64,000 nucleotides of DNA from Callorhinchus milii (Eukaryota), in assembly GCF_018977255.1 (NCBI RefSeq), contig NW_024704742.1, forward strand, positions 136,836,001 to 136,900,000. Reading direction: 5' to 3'. Both the position numbers and the translations under genes were made by a program. Shown here piece after piece: positions 37,364 to 49,700 of this stretch. Under the pieces are notes generated by a model. It was given only the letters and a program-made list of their open reading frames with translations, was not told the origin of the DNA and did not search any database. The first letter of the stretch is position 1, and each line of letters opens with the position of its first letter.

Positions 37364-37437
37364 CTGACATGGTCAAACGTGTTCACAGCCCAAATGTCTG
37401 TCCCTAGGATGTCGTATGATGTCTCTCGGCTACAATT
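37364..37437 (-). CDS. CTIF: CTIF coding exon 3
   Basis: ttctAG|NCSRETSYDILGTDIWAVNTFDHV(S)|GTATGC; 74 nt, phase 0/2; conserved LGTDIWA motif. Confidence 0.94.
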
Positions 37438-40400
37438 CTAGAAACAGGGGAACATGTTACTTAACAAGTAGTGCAGCAAGGTATGGAAGAGGAGGGGTAG
37501 GTTTAGAAGGGGGCGGTAAAGAGGCGAGGAGTTTCAGTGTACCACCGGGAGTAGTGGAGGAAATCTGGTGATGTATGGATTTACAAATGATATCCACGAA
37601 GATTGGGCACAAAACAGCTTGATGAGAGGCAAGCAGTTGAGTGACGTTAGGTAGAATCTGATAGGACTCAGTTGGCAAATCCCACTATCCAATTTTATCT
37701 CCAGAACTTCAGTTCTCTTACTCTAGAGAGATTCTTCTTCTTAATTCAGCAAATGACTCAAATTGAAAAGTTGGGAGGATTCTGTCCTCTCACAATATAC
37801 AAGCTCCTCAGAACATCAGCATAAGGGAAATTCTGTTGTAAAATAAGATTCCTCAGGAGAGGAATTAAGGATGGAATTAAAATTTCCTGGTCAAGTAAAC
37901 ATTTAATTGGTCTCTTGGAGGTGATTTTGGAGTCTGTGGATTAACACGTCAGAATACAATACCAAGTGCAGTAGATGAACGTTAAGTGGTTTCATATTAC
38001 TCACTCCACAAACACTCCGAAGCAAGACAATATTCCAAGGCTGCAAGAGTACAGTGGTTCACAGGATCCATTCACTTGTTGAGAAAGAGGACTAAACACC
38101 ATGGCTGATAACTTAAGGACCAAAAGCGTTTTTTTTTGATTCAGCTCATGAACTGGGGAGTCGTCCCATGAACTGGGGAAAAGAGCTTTCCCAGCCAAAG
38201 CCAATGCAATAGGAAAACAGGAGATAGACGATACGTTAACTCAGTCAAAAGTGAAGGTGCAAGAGATGGGTTAAAACAGCATCTGCTGGATTGTGAGATA
38301 CAGGATGGTAAAACTTCTCCAGTGAAAGTTATGTGCCCTGTTGGTGAAGGATCAGTATTGTCCCTTCTGATCTCGGATCAAGAGTCAAGAGGAGATGAAG
38401 GAAAGGGGGCATGTTCTGTTGAGGGAGGAAAGATCACACACTGGATCACACACAACAAAGCGCTCTTTACCCAGAATAAGACCGGCTGGTAGCCAAGCAC
38501 AGATGTTCCTAGTTAGTTTGCAAAATCAGGATAATTGGTGACTTGCTTCGGGTGCAAAGCGCTCCCAACTCTGCATTACCCTCACTGTCAAAAAGATCCA
38601 AGATCAGCTTGGGATGGATTATCCACCTGATGGCCCACAGCCTCAGCTATGATATAGTCCACTGTAACTTGGGAGTCATGCACAGGACGGGAGGCATTCA
38701 GTCCATCGCGTCTGTACCATTGCTACATGTAACAAGGCATTATCTGAGACGTGAGAGCTATACAATTGCAAGTTGTCGTGTTCTAAACTGTTTCTTTTTA
38801 AAAGTTAATCCACTTCACTGCTCTCTCTCCACTTATCCCTCAATACGGTTACTGCTCAGGTATTTGTCAAAGTGACCTTTTGAATGGCTTTTGATCTGGC
38901 CTTTTGATAGCCCGCCTGTGGAAACAAATTTCAAACCCTGAAACAAGCCTGTGATCGAAGAAATTCCTCCTAATCTCTTGTTTTTTGCTGCTCAACAATG
39001 CTGAGACTGCGCTCCCTTATCACCCATTTCCCAGTTTTACCCGCTATCTACACAGTTGTGGGCCTTCAGTATCTTTAAAGACCTCTGGCAAATCCCCTCT
39101 CACAATCCTCTCTGCTCGAGTGTAAAAAGCAACAATTTAGTTCAGTTGCTCTTCACGGATTGAAGTGATTTGGTTAAATCACTAACCACTTTAACGGGGG
39201 AGATGGAGGTCAACCTCCCAGCGCTCCCGATGTGAAAGGCGCATTCAAGTGTAATCTGTTGTTGGTGTGGTTGGGGGAGGCGATAGTTCCTTCAAAACTC
39301 CCCTCAACAGACGACACCAGCATCTTAGAACAACAACTTGCATTTTATCGAGCGCCCTGGGTGGCGTCCCAGCGTGCTCAATGGAGAACAATGTTATTTT
39401 GGGATCTGCTGGGATCCAATAACTCTTGGCCCAGTAAAGCTCGGCAGCTCCTTCATAAAGCCTCAACCTCAACTGAAAAAAAAGCATTTTTTTCTTTTGA
39501 AACAACCCCTCACCAAGTCACCGCCGTCTAACCTTTGCCAGGTGCCGAGTGCTGCCTGTGAGGTGGCCCCGTCCTCGGCCGCCAGACCTTGAGCCAGACC
39601 CAGACCTGGAGTCCGAACTAGGCCGAGAGCCTGTACTCCCATTGCTACTGTGATCCCATTCTTCCTGGAAAAAGAAAATAGAAGCCAGCGTTCATTTAAT
39701 GCTCTGTCTTCCAAGAAAGTACCCAAACCAAGGATAGAGGAGGCCATAGAGTAACAGTGAGGGAACATCTGAGGGAACAATATTGCCTGTCTGAGCGATA
39801 AAGCCTTGATGTTCCCTTGTTACTCATCCATCAAATTAGAGAATGATCTTTACTACTTATCCTTCCAATTTTTTTTGAAAATCTTTATTAGATCCAGTGT
39901 GTGAGCAAGCAACAGCCCAGAGACCATGGGGAAAGAGCAGGGAATGGGGTTAAGAGTACAGAGTTCCAGTGGTGGGGGCGATCAACATCTGGAACAGACA
40001 CGATGGGGAGAGCGTAGTCGGAAATAGGATTAGAGTAGAGATCTCCTGTTGGGAGCGAGCACCAGCACAGACACAATGCGAAAAGGGCAGGAGAATGGGA
40101 AAATAAGAGAGCTCCAAGGGGTGGAGAGCGAGCACCAGCAGACAGGTAGGAACAAATGGTCTCCTTTTGTTAAAAGCACTCAAAAACTCTGTACTCCTGA
40201 GACTTGGTAAACTTTGTTAAAGGTCACAGCACCAAACGTGGATGTTGAAGGTTTGAAGTCCTTCAGATGAGATGTTAAACTCGGGTCCTGTCTGCCTGTT
40301 CGGGGCTATTTTATACATCTGCCTGTTCAAGAACGTTAAAGAACCCATGATATGATGGGAAAGAGGGGGGACTTTTTTGTCCTGACCAACAATGCCAGAA

Positions 40401-40968
40401 ACCTGAGTTGGTCACCTACCTCATACCTGTCTGTGGGACCTGGCTAGGCACAGAATGGCTAACTTGTGTGACTACGGGTGACAGCAATTAGTGTGAAGCA
40501 CTTTGTGACCACTGAATGTTCTAAAATCGCATGTTATGACTTTCTCTCACACTCGGGAACACGTGAATGAGAGGGATATAAATACGTTTGAACTGAAGCC
40601 CTCCTGACTCAGCTGCTAATAGCTGCCATTTCATGTTATCTAATTGGACTAGTATATATAATAAATAAGATATAGACACAAAGCCTTTAATCCACAGATT
40701 CATGTGGATTCATGTGCCCGCTCCTGCTGTGTTTGGCACTGGGCATACAGAGGTGACCATCAGGAGCAGAGCTTTAGAGAGAAGAGCAAAGCAAAGGTCC
40801 CACAGCATCACTGCCTGGTGCCTGGGGCAGGCAGAGAAGAAGAGGCAAAGGTTAACAGTCAGAGAGAAAGAGGCAAAGGAGTCTTCTGTTTACTTCACTC
40901 ACTCCTGGCTCTAGAAATTATTCTCAAAGGGTGCTCAGCACTTGAGGCTGAGGTGCAGACTCACTCAC

Positions 40969-41049
40969 CTGACTGCTTTGCTTGTAGGAGTTCCTCTCCT
41001 TTGGGGATGGCCAACTTCCATCCAGAGCGTCACTGAAATCCTCAGGCCA
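40969..41049 (-). CDS. CTIF: CTIF coding exon 2
   Basis: cacAG|WPEDFSDALDGSWPSPKERNSYKQSSQ|GTGAGT; 81 nt, phase 0/0; resembles the WTADCSEPLDSSCS segment of human CTIF as recalled. Not in the ORF track. Confidence 0.88.
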
Positions 41050-41630
41050 CTGTGAGCGACACGGAACATGTCAAGGAAGAGGTCACAATAATGCAGCAAT
41101 GGCGTGTCACAACCGTTTCCATTCAGTGATCTAACATAGTCCTCCTGGTACCTCCCCGGCTCTTTATAATCCTCACTAATATAATAATCCTTACATTTTG
41201 AATAGCAGCTTTCACTTTAGGAGTGCGTCTCACAGGGCTCCACGGGATATATTGTAAAGTGCGGGGACTGTGTTTTGTGGGAAATGTGGCAGCTAATTCG
41301 CACACAACAACTTCCCTCAATAGCCATGGTTTAACATCTCATCCGAAAAAGATGGCACCTCCAACATGCAGCACCCCCCTCAGCACTATTTTAAAATGTC
41401 AGCCTAGACTGCGAGATCTAAGTCCTGACATGGAGCTTGAACCCACAAACGTTTCATTCAGAGGCAAAATTGCTATCAACTGAGGTCAGGTTAACACGTA
41501 TACATAATATATATAAAGATTTTTTTTCTTTTTTCTCTTCTCTATCTTTCAGAAGAAGTTGAAAGAGAGCAGAAGGAAAATATTGTTTTCACTTGCAAAA
41601 TACAAAGTCACTACACTACAGTAAATTCTG

Positions 41631-42140
41631 AATCATAGAATCATAGAAATATACTGCACAGAAGGAGGCCATTTGGATCATTGCTTGTATAAGTGACTAT
41701 ACCGGCTTTTTGAAAGAGCTATCCAAATGAATCCCACTTTCCCCCTCTCTCTCAACCCATAGCCCTGCAAATTTGTCCTCCCCAAATAATCTATATACTT
41801 CTGTCTTGAAAGTTGTTATCGAATCTGCTTCTACCACCCTTTCAGGCAATGCATTCCAGATCCAAACAACTTGCTGCGAAAAATAATCCTAGCTTCTCTA
41901 GCCTCTCCTCATAATTGAAGTCCCTCATTCCTGGTACCATCCTGGTAAATCTCCCTCTCCAAGGGCTTGACATCCTTCTTATAGTGTGGTGCCCAGAACT
42001 GAACAGTCTCCAGCTGAGGCCTAACCACTGTTTTATAAAGCTTCATCATAAGTTCCTTACGTTTGTATCTTATGCCCCTATTTATCAAGCTGAATATCCC
42101 GTTCGCTTTTTTAACAGCCTGTATTGTCACCTTCAAAGAT
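41631..42140 (-). mobile_element. CR1 LINE 3' fragment
   Basis: KKANGIFSLINRGIRYKRKELMMKLYKTVVRPQLE..QFWAPHYKKDV is CR1 ORF2; (ATTCTATG)n-type tail at 41631-41650. Confidence 0.9.
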
Positions 42141-42793
42141 TTACTGATTGAGACATTTCAATGACATGAAACTGCTCTATATCAAATGCAAGTATTATTA
42201 TCAGTAGAAATCATAGCAACCAGAATAGAAAATAGCTCTTCTTACTCCCCACCCAGCCAGGCAAGATAGTCAAGAAACAAGGTAAAAAAATCTGATTAAA
42301 CTCAGACTGAAATCAAGTGCCACCTGCAAGTTTCCCTGAAATTCAAATTTGTGCCATGAATCTTCCAATCTTATACAAGCAAAGATTGCTAGTGTGGAAA
42401 AACTATCACAATATGTTGCTTGGTTTCAGCCTCTGCTGAAAGAGAACAAAAAAAGAAAATAACTTGCATCTTCTTTTTTATATAAATTTAGTGTGTCCAA
42501 ATCAGACTGAGGGCTTGTCTATGGATGTTATTTGAAAAGGAGTTTCTCTCCTCTGGTGTCCCCGAAATAGAATTGGTCATTCACTTCATGGCTATTTGTG
42601 GGATCTTGTTATATGAAATTGGCTGTCACCTACAAATACAGTCACTACAACTTACAGTGATTACTGCGAAGCAGTTTGAGACGTCCTCTTGACACGAAAG
42701 AAGCTACGTCAAATTTAAGGATTATTTTTTATGAGTGACTGATTGAACTATTGAGCAATGAGAAGCCAACACTAACACGGGATGGACACTCAC

Positions 42794-42973
42794 CTGGGAG
42801 ATATTTGGAGGTGTTTTGTCGCTGTCTGCATCAGTCTCCGGTTTGTCCGTCAGTAAGCCCTGCACCTGGTACTCCAGCACGTAACTGTCGATGAAGCGCT
42901 CGAGTTCCTCGATCTCCTGGGAGCGGTTACTCCCAGCCTCTGAGGAGGCTGAAGCCACTGAGGAGTTCTCCAT
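42794..42973 (-). CDS. CTIF: CTIF coding exon 1 (start codon; exon begins at 42993 with 20 nt of 5'UTR)
   Basis: Translates MENSSVASASSEAGSNRSQEIEELERFIDSYVLEYQVQGLLTDKPETDADSDKTPPNISQ, matching the vertebrate CTIF N-terminus as recalled. Acceptor ctccccAG before 42993, Kozak-like gacATGG, donor CAG|GTGAGT; 180 nt, phase 0. Confidence 0.97.
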
Positions 42974-43055
42974 GTCTGGGCTCCGGAGGGTACCTGGGGA
43001 GGCAATAGAGGACACTCAACAAGCAGGTCCACACAACCACACTCACTGGGAAATA

Positions 43056-43858
43056 CAACAACAAAATTACATTTATAGAGCGCCTTTCATGTCGGGAGGA
43101 TGTCCCAAGGCGCTGGATAGTCATGTTGGGAGGATGTCCCAAGGTGCTGGGCAGTCAGTGGTCAGGACCCGAGCATGAGGGAGAGGTGGGGTAGGGGTGA
43201 GGGAAGGCAGAGAGGTGGGAGGGCGACCGAAGGCACGATCGAAGAGAAGGATCTTGAGACCGGCCTTGAAGGAGGCAAGGGAGGAAGCGAGGAGAAGGGT
43301 CTGTGGAATGGAGTTCCAGAGTGTGGGGACAGAGAGGCTGAAAGGGCGGGTGACATGGAGCAGGCCGGAGCCTGATGGACGGAGGGAGCGGGCAGGTTGG
43401 TAGGGAGTCATCAGGTCAGAGAGGTAGGAGGGGGCAAGGCCATGGATGGTCTTGATAGGGAGGATGAGGATCTTGAACTCGATCCTCTGGGGGATGGGGA
43501 GCCAGTGGAGTCGGGCGAAGGTGGGAGTGATGGAGTTATGGAGCCTGGTGCGTGACAGTACAGGAGCTGCAGAGTTCGGGATGAAGGAAGAGTTGGGAAG
43601 GCCGATGAGGAGGGAATTTCCATAATCGAGCCTTGTTGTGACGAATGTGTGGGTGAGGGTTTGGGCAGCCTGAGGGGTGAGACAGTGGCGGAGTCTGGCA
43701 ATGTTGCGGAGGTGGTGGTAGGCAGCGCCGGTCATGGCGCGGATGTGTGGGAGAAAGGACAGTTCAGGGTCAAACAAGACACCCGGGTTCCTAATTGGCT
43801 TAGTGAGGTTGAGTGTGCAGCCGTGGATGCTGATGCTGCCGGCGCCCGAGATTTGCAC
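43056..43858 (-). mobile_element. LINE-2 3' fragment
   Basis: ORF 43121..43858 encodes an L2 ORF2 C-terminus (RNPGVLFDPELSF..HWLPIPQRIEFKIL..). Confidence 0.92.
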
Positions 43859-44136
43859 TCCATTTCAGGGTAGTTAGAGGTGCCCTTCTTCCAAACCTTT
43901 TAAATCAGGATCCCGCCTGCCTGTTCAGGGAGAGGTTAAAGGTTCAGTTGAACTCATGGAGTGTCTTTATCTTTTTTTTTCTTTGTACTGACCAACAATC
44001 CCCCAAATAAGATTGTGGGACATTGCTATGTGCCAAATTAGCTGTCACAGTCACCTACAAACATACAGTCACTGCACTGTACAGTAAAATCCTGTGACGC
44101 ACTTTGGGATGCTTTGACGATGTGATAAAGCAAGAT

Positions 44137-44480
44137 GTGGAGTCCTGTAGCTCAGTGGTTAGAGCACTCGCTTTGCAAGTGAGAGACCTGAGTTCAATTC
44201 CAGGCAGAGGGCGAAACCTTGGGCAAGTTTCCTTACTCCACACAGAGCCTAATAATAATCCTCCAAAACAAAAACAATAATAAATTGGTCATTTTCAATC
44301 TACGACTGTGTGTGGGACATTGCTGTGCGCAATTGGCTGCCGCGTTCGCCCACAAATATACAGTCAATTCACTTTACAGTGTGTTCTGTGAAGCGCTTTG
44401 GGACGTTCTCCCGACGTGAAAAGCGCTATATCAAATGCAAGGATTATTATTATTATTAAGGATTATTATTATTATTATTA
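44137..44480 (+). mobile_element. tRNA-Ala-derived SINE, short subfamily, reiterated tail
   Basis: Same consensus; AAGG(ATT)n tail repeated; inserted in an older SINE tail. Confidence 0.92.
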
Positions 44481-44699
44481 TGTCAAATGCAAGGATTACA
44501 TTATTATTATAAATACATTAAGACGTGCAAAAAAAATAATCAAGTTCTTTCTTCCATAGCAGTGTTCAGGTCACAGTGACCCTGTTGGAAGCCCAGAGGG
44601 GAGTTTGCACAAGTACACAGTAACCAACACTGTGTTACTTTAATGTGAGTGAGAAGCTGTGCCACAGATTACAGTCTATCGAGCTCTGGGCTGAGGTAT

Positions 44700-45230
44700 C
44701 ACCTGATGCGAATCCTGTAGGGAAGTGGTAGGTGAGAACAAAATCATTAGGATTGCTACTCCCGATTGGTACCCAGAGACACCACCGTGGGCAGATCTCC
44801 GGGGGTCACGGGGGAAAGCGAAAGACGCAGAGAGCAAGAGTAATAGCCCTCTAAAGAGGCAACTCTTCCAACCTCCATTGAAAGCACGTCTCTCTTTCCG
44901 GGAGCCGCACCGTTTCGGAATTCCTGTTCCTTTAAGCTAAAATTTCAAGCACAACTTAATTGGGTCACGTTCCCCTTTCATTTTAAAAAAAAAAAGTTCT
45001 GGGCAAACTGTCAGCTCATTCCGACAAAGCAGGAACCCTTCTGGAAAGAGTGGCCTTTTGTTTCCTCCCTGTGAGCTCTGACCTCCTGTGTTGTGCAAAG
45101 CTCTGGCTAATCCCCCCATTTACAGGGGAGGCCAGGGGGACAGGCCGGCCCCCAACGGCCCACGCGCCCGTGGCTCACACAGTCACGTGATCGCGTGGCC
45201 CAACACAAATAGGGCTAATCCTCTCGAACC
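44700..45230. promoter_or_regulatory. CpG-rich candidate CTIF promoter or non-coding first exon
   Basis: CpG density well above the window background, about 2 kb upstream of the first coding exon, which has a splice acceptor and so needs an upstream exon. GTCACGTGAT E-box at 45182-45191; possible minus-strand donor CAG|GTGATA after 44703. Confidence 0.5.
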
Positions 45231-45759
45231 AAAGCAGAGTGAGAGGATTTAGAGAGAGGCTGTGATTATTACAGCTATTTATAGGAGCTGGATTCTCCCT
45301 CCCAACCCCCACCCCAAAATCACCAGCTTTTTTTACTACTTCACAACAGAACGCAGTCTAAAAGTGTCAGCCTGGCTCAGCTCTGGTCACACTCCCGCCT
45401 CGGAGTCGGAAGCTTGTGGGTTAAAGCCCCACATTGGGTCTTTGTGCTCACGGCATAGACTGAATCTCCAAAACGTTATTAGGGGGAGAGCGGTACACTG
45501 TCAGAGCCACTAATCTATGATTGAGACATTTACCTGGGTCCTCTCTGTGTCTGTTCTTCAGAAACACTATTGTGAAGATAAGTGAGCTTGTCCTGGTCAA
45601 CAGATAAATCGTTTCTTCGCCTTACGGCTATTTATGGGAACTCGCTGTGTGCAAACATTACTGCCGACAACAAAAACTGGACTTGAGTTTTCCCTGTTAC
45701 TGAGAAGCTACATAAATAAAAAATATTTTATTGACAACAAAATGATATTATCAGAGGGC

Positions 45760-46545
45760 CTTTCATGTCAGGAGTAGTTGGGGATCAGGACCCCAGCGCA
45801 GGGTGGGGTGGGGGGTGGACAGGGATGGGATGAGGGAGGGCAGAGAGGTAGGAGGGCGGCTGAAGGCAAGGTCAAAAAAGGAGGGTATTGAGTCGTGCCT
45901 TGAAGGAGGCAAGAGAGGGAGCAAGGCGAAGAGATTGTGGGATGGAGTTCCAAAGGGGCGAGCTGGAGCTGCTGAATGGAGGGAGAAGACGGGTTGATAG
46001 GAGGTTACCAGGTCAGAGAGGTAGGAGGGGGCAAGGCTGCGGAGAGCCTTGAAGGTGAGGACAAGGATTTTGAATTCTATCCTCTGAGGGATGGGGAGGA
46101 AGTAGAGGCGGATGAGGGTGAGGGTGATGGGGTCATGTAGCCTGGTGCGGGAGAGGACACAAGCTGCAGAATTTTGGATGATCTGCAGCTTGTGGAGGGA
46201 ATGCTTGCGGAGGCCGACAAGGAGTGAGTTTCCGTAGTCGAGCCTTGAGGTGATGAATGCGTGCGTGTATGAGGGTTTCGGCGGCCAGAGGGTGAGGCAG
46301 GGCAATGTTGCAGAGATGGGGAAAGGCAGAGCGGGCATGGCATGGATATGGGGAGAAAGGACAGCTGAGGGTCGAACAAGACCCCCAGGTTCCTGACTGG
46401 CTTGGTGAGGTGAAGTGTGCATCTGTGGATGCTGAGGTGCTGAGGCGCTGGTGTGAGCCAACCAGGAAGGCCTCAGTCTTGTTGATGTTCAACTGTAGAA
46501 AGTTAGCTCTTATCCTGGAGATGTCTGACAGACATTCTGACATTT
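45760..46545 (-). mobile_element. LINE-2 3' fragment
   Basis: FLQLNINKTEAFLVG and SRLDYGNSLLVGL..LQIIQNSAACVLS..RIEFKILVLTFKAL in shifted frames. Confidence 0.9.
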
Positions 46546-46559
46546 TCAGAAATAAAAGT

Positions 46560-46790
46560 GAAGCGATCAGTCACACTCGTAACTTCTGCCTTCTTCATTT
46601 TCACTACACGACTTGCAATTCTATAGCAGCCTCCATGCGGGATAGCGTCTCGGAGCGCTGACACAGAAGCCACTAACACTTCGGTCACACTTTGCCACAG
46701 GCAAAAACCAACAGCAGAGTAGCCTCCGCCATGTCCTACCCGGATGGTGGTTAGCTAGGCAACCCTGACCCAACCTTGCAGCTAACAATA
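46560..46790. promoter_or_regulatory. Second CpG-rich promoter-like patch
   Basis: CpG cluster with YY1-like CCGCCATGT (46726-46734) and RFX X-box-like GTTAGCTAGGCAAC (46750-46763). Confidence 0.4.
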
Positions 46791-49700
46791 CAACTGTTTG
46801 TTTCTCCACATCATTTAGCTTGGCTTTGTTACCAAACTACTTTTAGCAGCAGTTTGTGGTAAGGGTCTCTTGAATTCAGGTAACGCTAATTATTCTCAAG
46901 TCCAGTGACTTCTTTTTTTGTAGGCAGCAATTTTGGGGCACAGCAAGATCCCCTAAACAGCCATGGTGGGGAAGCAACAATTTATCTATTGACCAGGACA
47001 AGCTCGCTTCATCTTTATAAACCACTCGTGTTAAAAGGACCATGGGATGAGGTTTCCTGTACTCTGTCATTGCTTTTCCAGCAGCCACCTGTGCCAACAG
47101 TCAGTGAGCAGAGTGCATGCAACCTGTCGCTTAGTCTGACAGATAACATGGATCAGTGAAAGGTTGGTATGTGTGAACTTAACTAAAGCAATCCTTCAGC
47201 AGCTGAAGAGCATTGTGTTTGTAAAAAACACATCCATGGCCTAAGTTACAGAGAATTCAACTGAGGCGCAGCCAAAGCTAAAGTCAACACTTGTACGATA
47301 CCCCAGCTCAAATACACACTCAGTACTGTGGTTGAAAAGGGAAAAGTTTTGATGGACCTTATCACACAGTGATTTATCATGTTGCTACTGAGCACAAAGT
47401 GTCTGCTTATCTGCCTGCTATCAACATCCCTATTATTGCAGCAGGATAGTAGAAGGTGAACAAGATGGACCTTGATCTTTTTTCGTCTAGCACTTCCTAT
47501 GTTCCTGTATTCCTTGCTCAATTGGCAGCAGTCTTGTGTTAGAAGGCTAGGAGTTTAACCTTGTCCCTCCATATCAAGCTTTCAGGTCACAGCTCTGGCT
47601 GATACTCTTATGCTGTGCTTATGAGCTATTAAAATGGCTACTTGTTCAGAGACTCTCTGTCTTAGCCGACAAACCTCCAGATGAACTAGTATTCAGATAA
47701 CGGCTGTTAGTGGAACCTTGTTGAGCGCAAATAGCAACGTACAAGTAATTTGCCTATAGAAACAGTCACTACACCAGACAGTAATGTCAGTAACATGTTA
47801 ACTGAGAGTTTGACATAATTGCAGATATGACAACTAACTGGTGATATTCAGCAACCAGATTTGATGTATGATTTCTGGTTTACAAAAAAGGAGCTTCACA
47901 AAATGATTATTGGTTAGAAAAATAAAGCCCAGATCAGGTTTGGCAGTTTTCGGGATAAGACCATATATTTGAGGGGTGAATGCAGCAGCCAATGTGCATA
48001 CAGCAATGTCCCACAAATAGCCACAAAGTGAGTGGTCACTTTTATACAGGTGATATCAGCCAGGACACCAGGAGAGACTACCTATTCTTCTCATGGGATC
48101 TTTAGTCGGGATTTTGATATAATGTCTCCTTTAACAGTGCAGCGCTCACCTCAATACTGCACCTTGGAGTCTCGATGTGGATCTTGAACCCATAACCTCC
48201 TGACTCAGAGATTAGAGCACTACAGAGTGAGTCAGGTTGACAATTTGCCAACAGAAAGATGATTAATCTCTAAAAATAAAGACCCCCCACCCCAACCTCT
48301 CCCCTCCCTCCCATGAGTGGCTTTCAGCACCTGGTGAAGCAGCAACTAGCAAAGTTAACAGCGAAGGTGAGTTACAGAGGACAAAAGTCTTACTAACCCC
48401 CCTCCCTCCCCATGTCTGGTCAGCTGATGTGAGCCAGAGCACGAGAATAAAAAAAACTCTCATCTGACCCAGCCACTCACAGTTTATCATCAGTTCAGGC
48501 GCGGGGAGTGGGCGGGGGGGAAATGAAGAGTGCCCGAGGGAGAGATTTTCCAAGCCTCCCTTAGGCTCCAGCTAACAGTTGAGTCAGCAAGTGAATCGCA
48601 CTCTGCGAGAGCCCATTGTTAGCAGAAAGGCATCGAACGGTCAATAGAAAGCAGTCTGCTTTAGTGTGTGTAACCTTCACAAAGGCAGATCGATGCTGGC
48701 CAATGTGACCTTCCCAGCAAAGGGTGGCCGGCCGTCTGCCAGGCTTCCTTTCCAGCTCTGACTGAACTGGAATCAACTCACTACCACAGAATAATAATAA
48801 TAATGATAATAATTGTTGCATTTGATATAGTGTCTGATCACATCGCCGAGACATCTCAAAGAATATATCATCCAGTGATTTGACTGTATCCCACAAACAG
48901 TCGTGGATTGAGTGACCATATTAATATTATTATATTTTAAAAATTAATTCATTTATTTGAAGGGATTATTACCACCGAAAATCGATCGACTAACAACCAG
49001 GTTCCTGTTTACTACTAGATAAACAGAGGCATGAGGAGTAAGGAAACTTGCCTACGGTTTCACCCTGCCCGGGAATCGAACGCTGGGCCACTCACTTGTG
49101 AGGCGAGTGCTCTAACCGCTATGCTACAGGACTCAGGAAGGGGAATTGAATGTTGGCATGACAATTTGGTGCTGTGGATTGCGAGCATACAGGACCAACG
49201 ATCACCGAGGTTATAGGTGGCAGGTTGGCCCAGTGGTAGCAGTTTCACCTCTGGGTCAGGAGTTTGTGTACTCAAGCTCTACATCACGACATCAGTCTAG
49301 AATGATAATAACAACAATCCTTGCATTTGATATAAGATCATAAGAAATGCTAGATGAAAAAAGACCAAGGTACATCTAGTTTGCCTTCCACCTTCCTGGC
49401 GGTCGCAGGCACATATGTCTCAAACTACCTATGTACTGTATCCCATAATGTTATTTCCTAAAAGAAAACTATCAAATCTGTGTTTGAAATAATGAACACT
49501 TCCTGCTTCAAATGTCTCCCTAAGGGAGCCTGTTACCACCGGTTCATTATTTGCTCACTAAAATAGTGTTTGTGTAGATTTGTTCTGAATTTACCCCCTT
49601 TTAATCGCAGGCCGTGTCCTTGGTTTTACTATTCTGGACAAGTTGAAACAGCCCGTCATGATCTATATTGTGTAACCCCTTTAGAATCTTAAAATCATGT

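Noticed and set aside
38005..38074. Exon-like segment (caaG|TGA...GA|GTGAGT) as a CTIF exon or poison exon
   Set aside because: The resemblance to coding exon 2 is superficial; the true exon is 40969-41049. The AAG acceptor is weak and there is no transcript evidence. It would introduce an immediate stop if used, so only RNA-seq under NMD inhibition could revive it.
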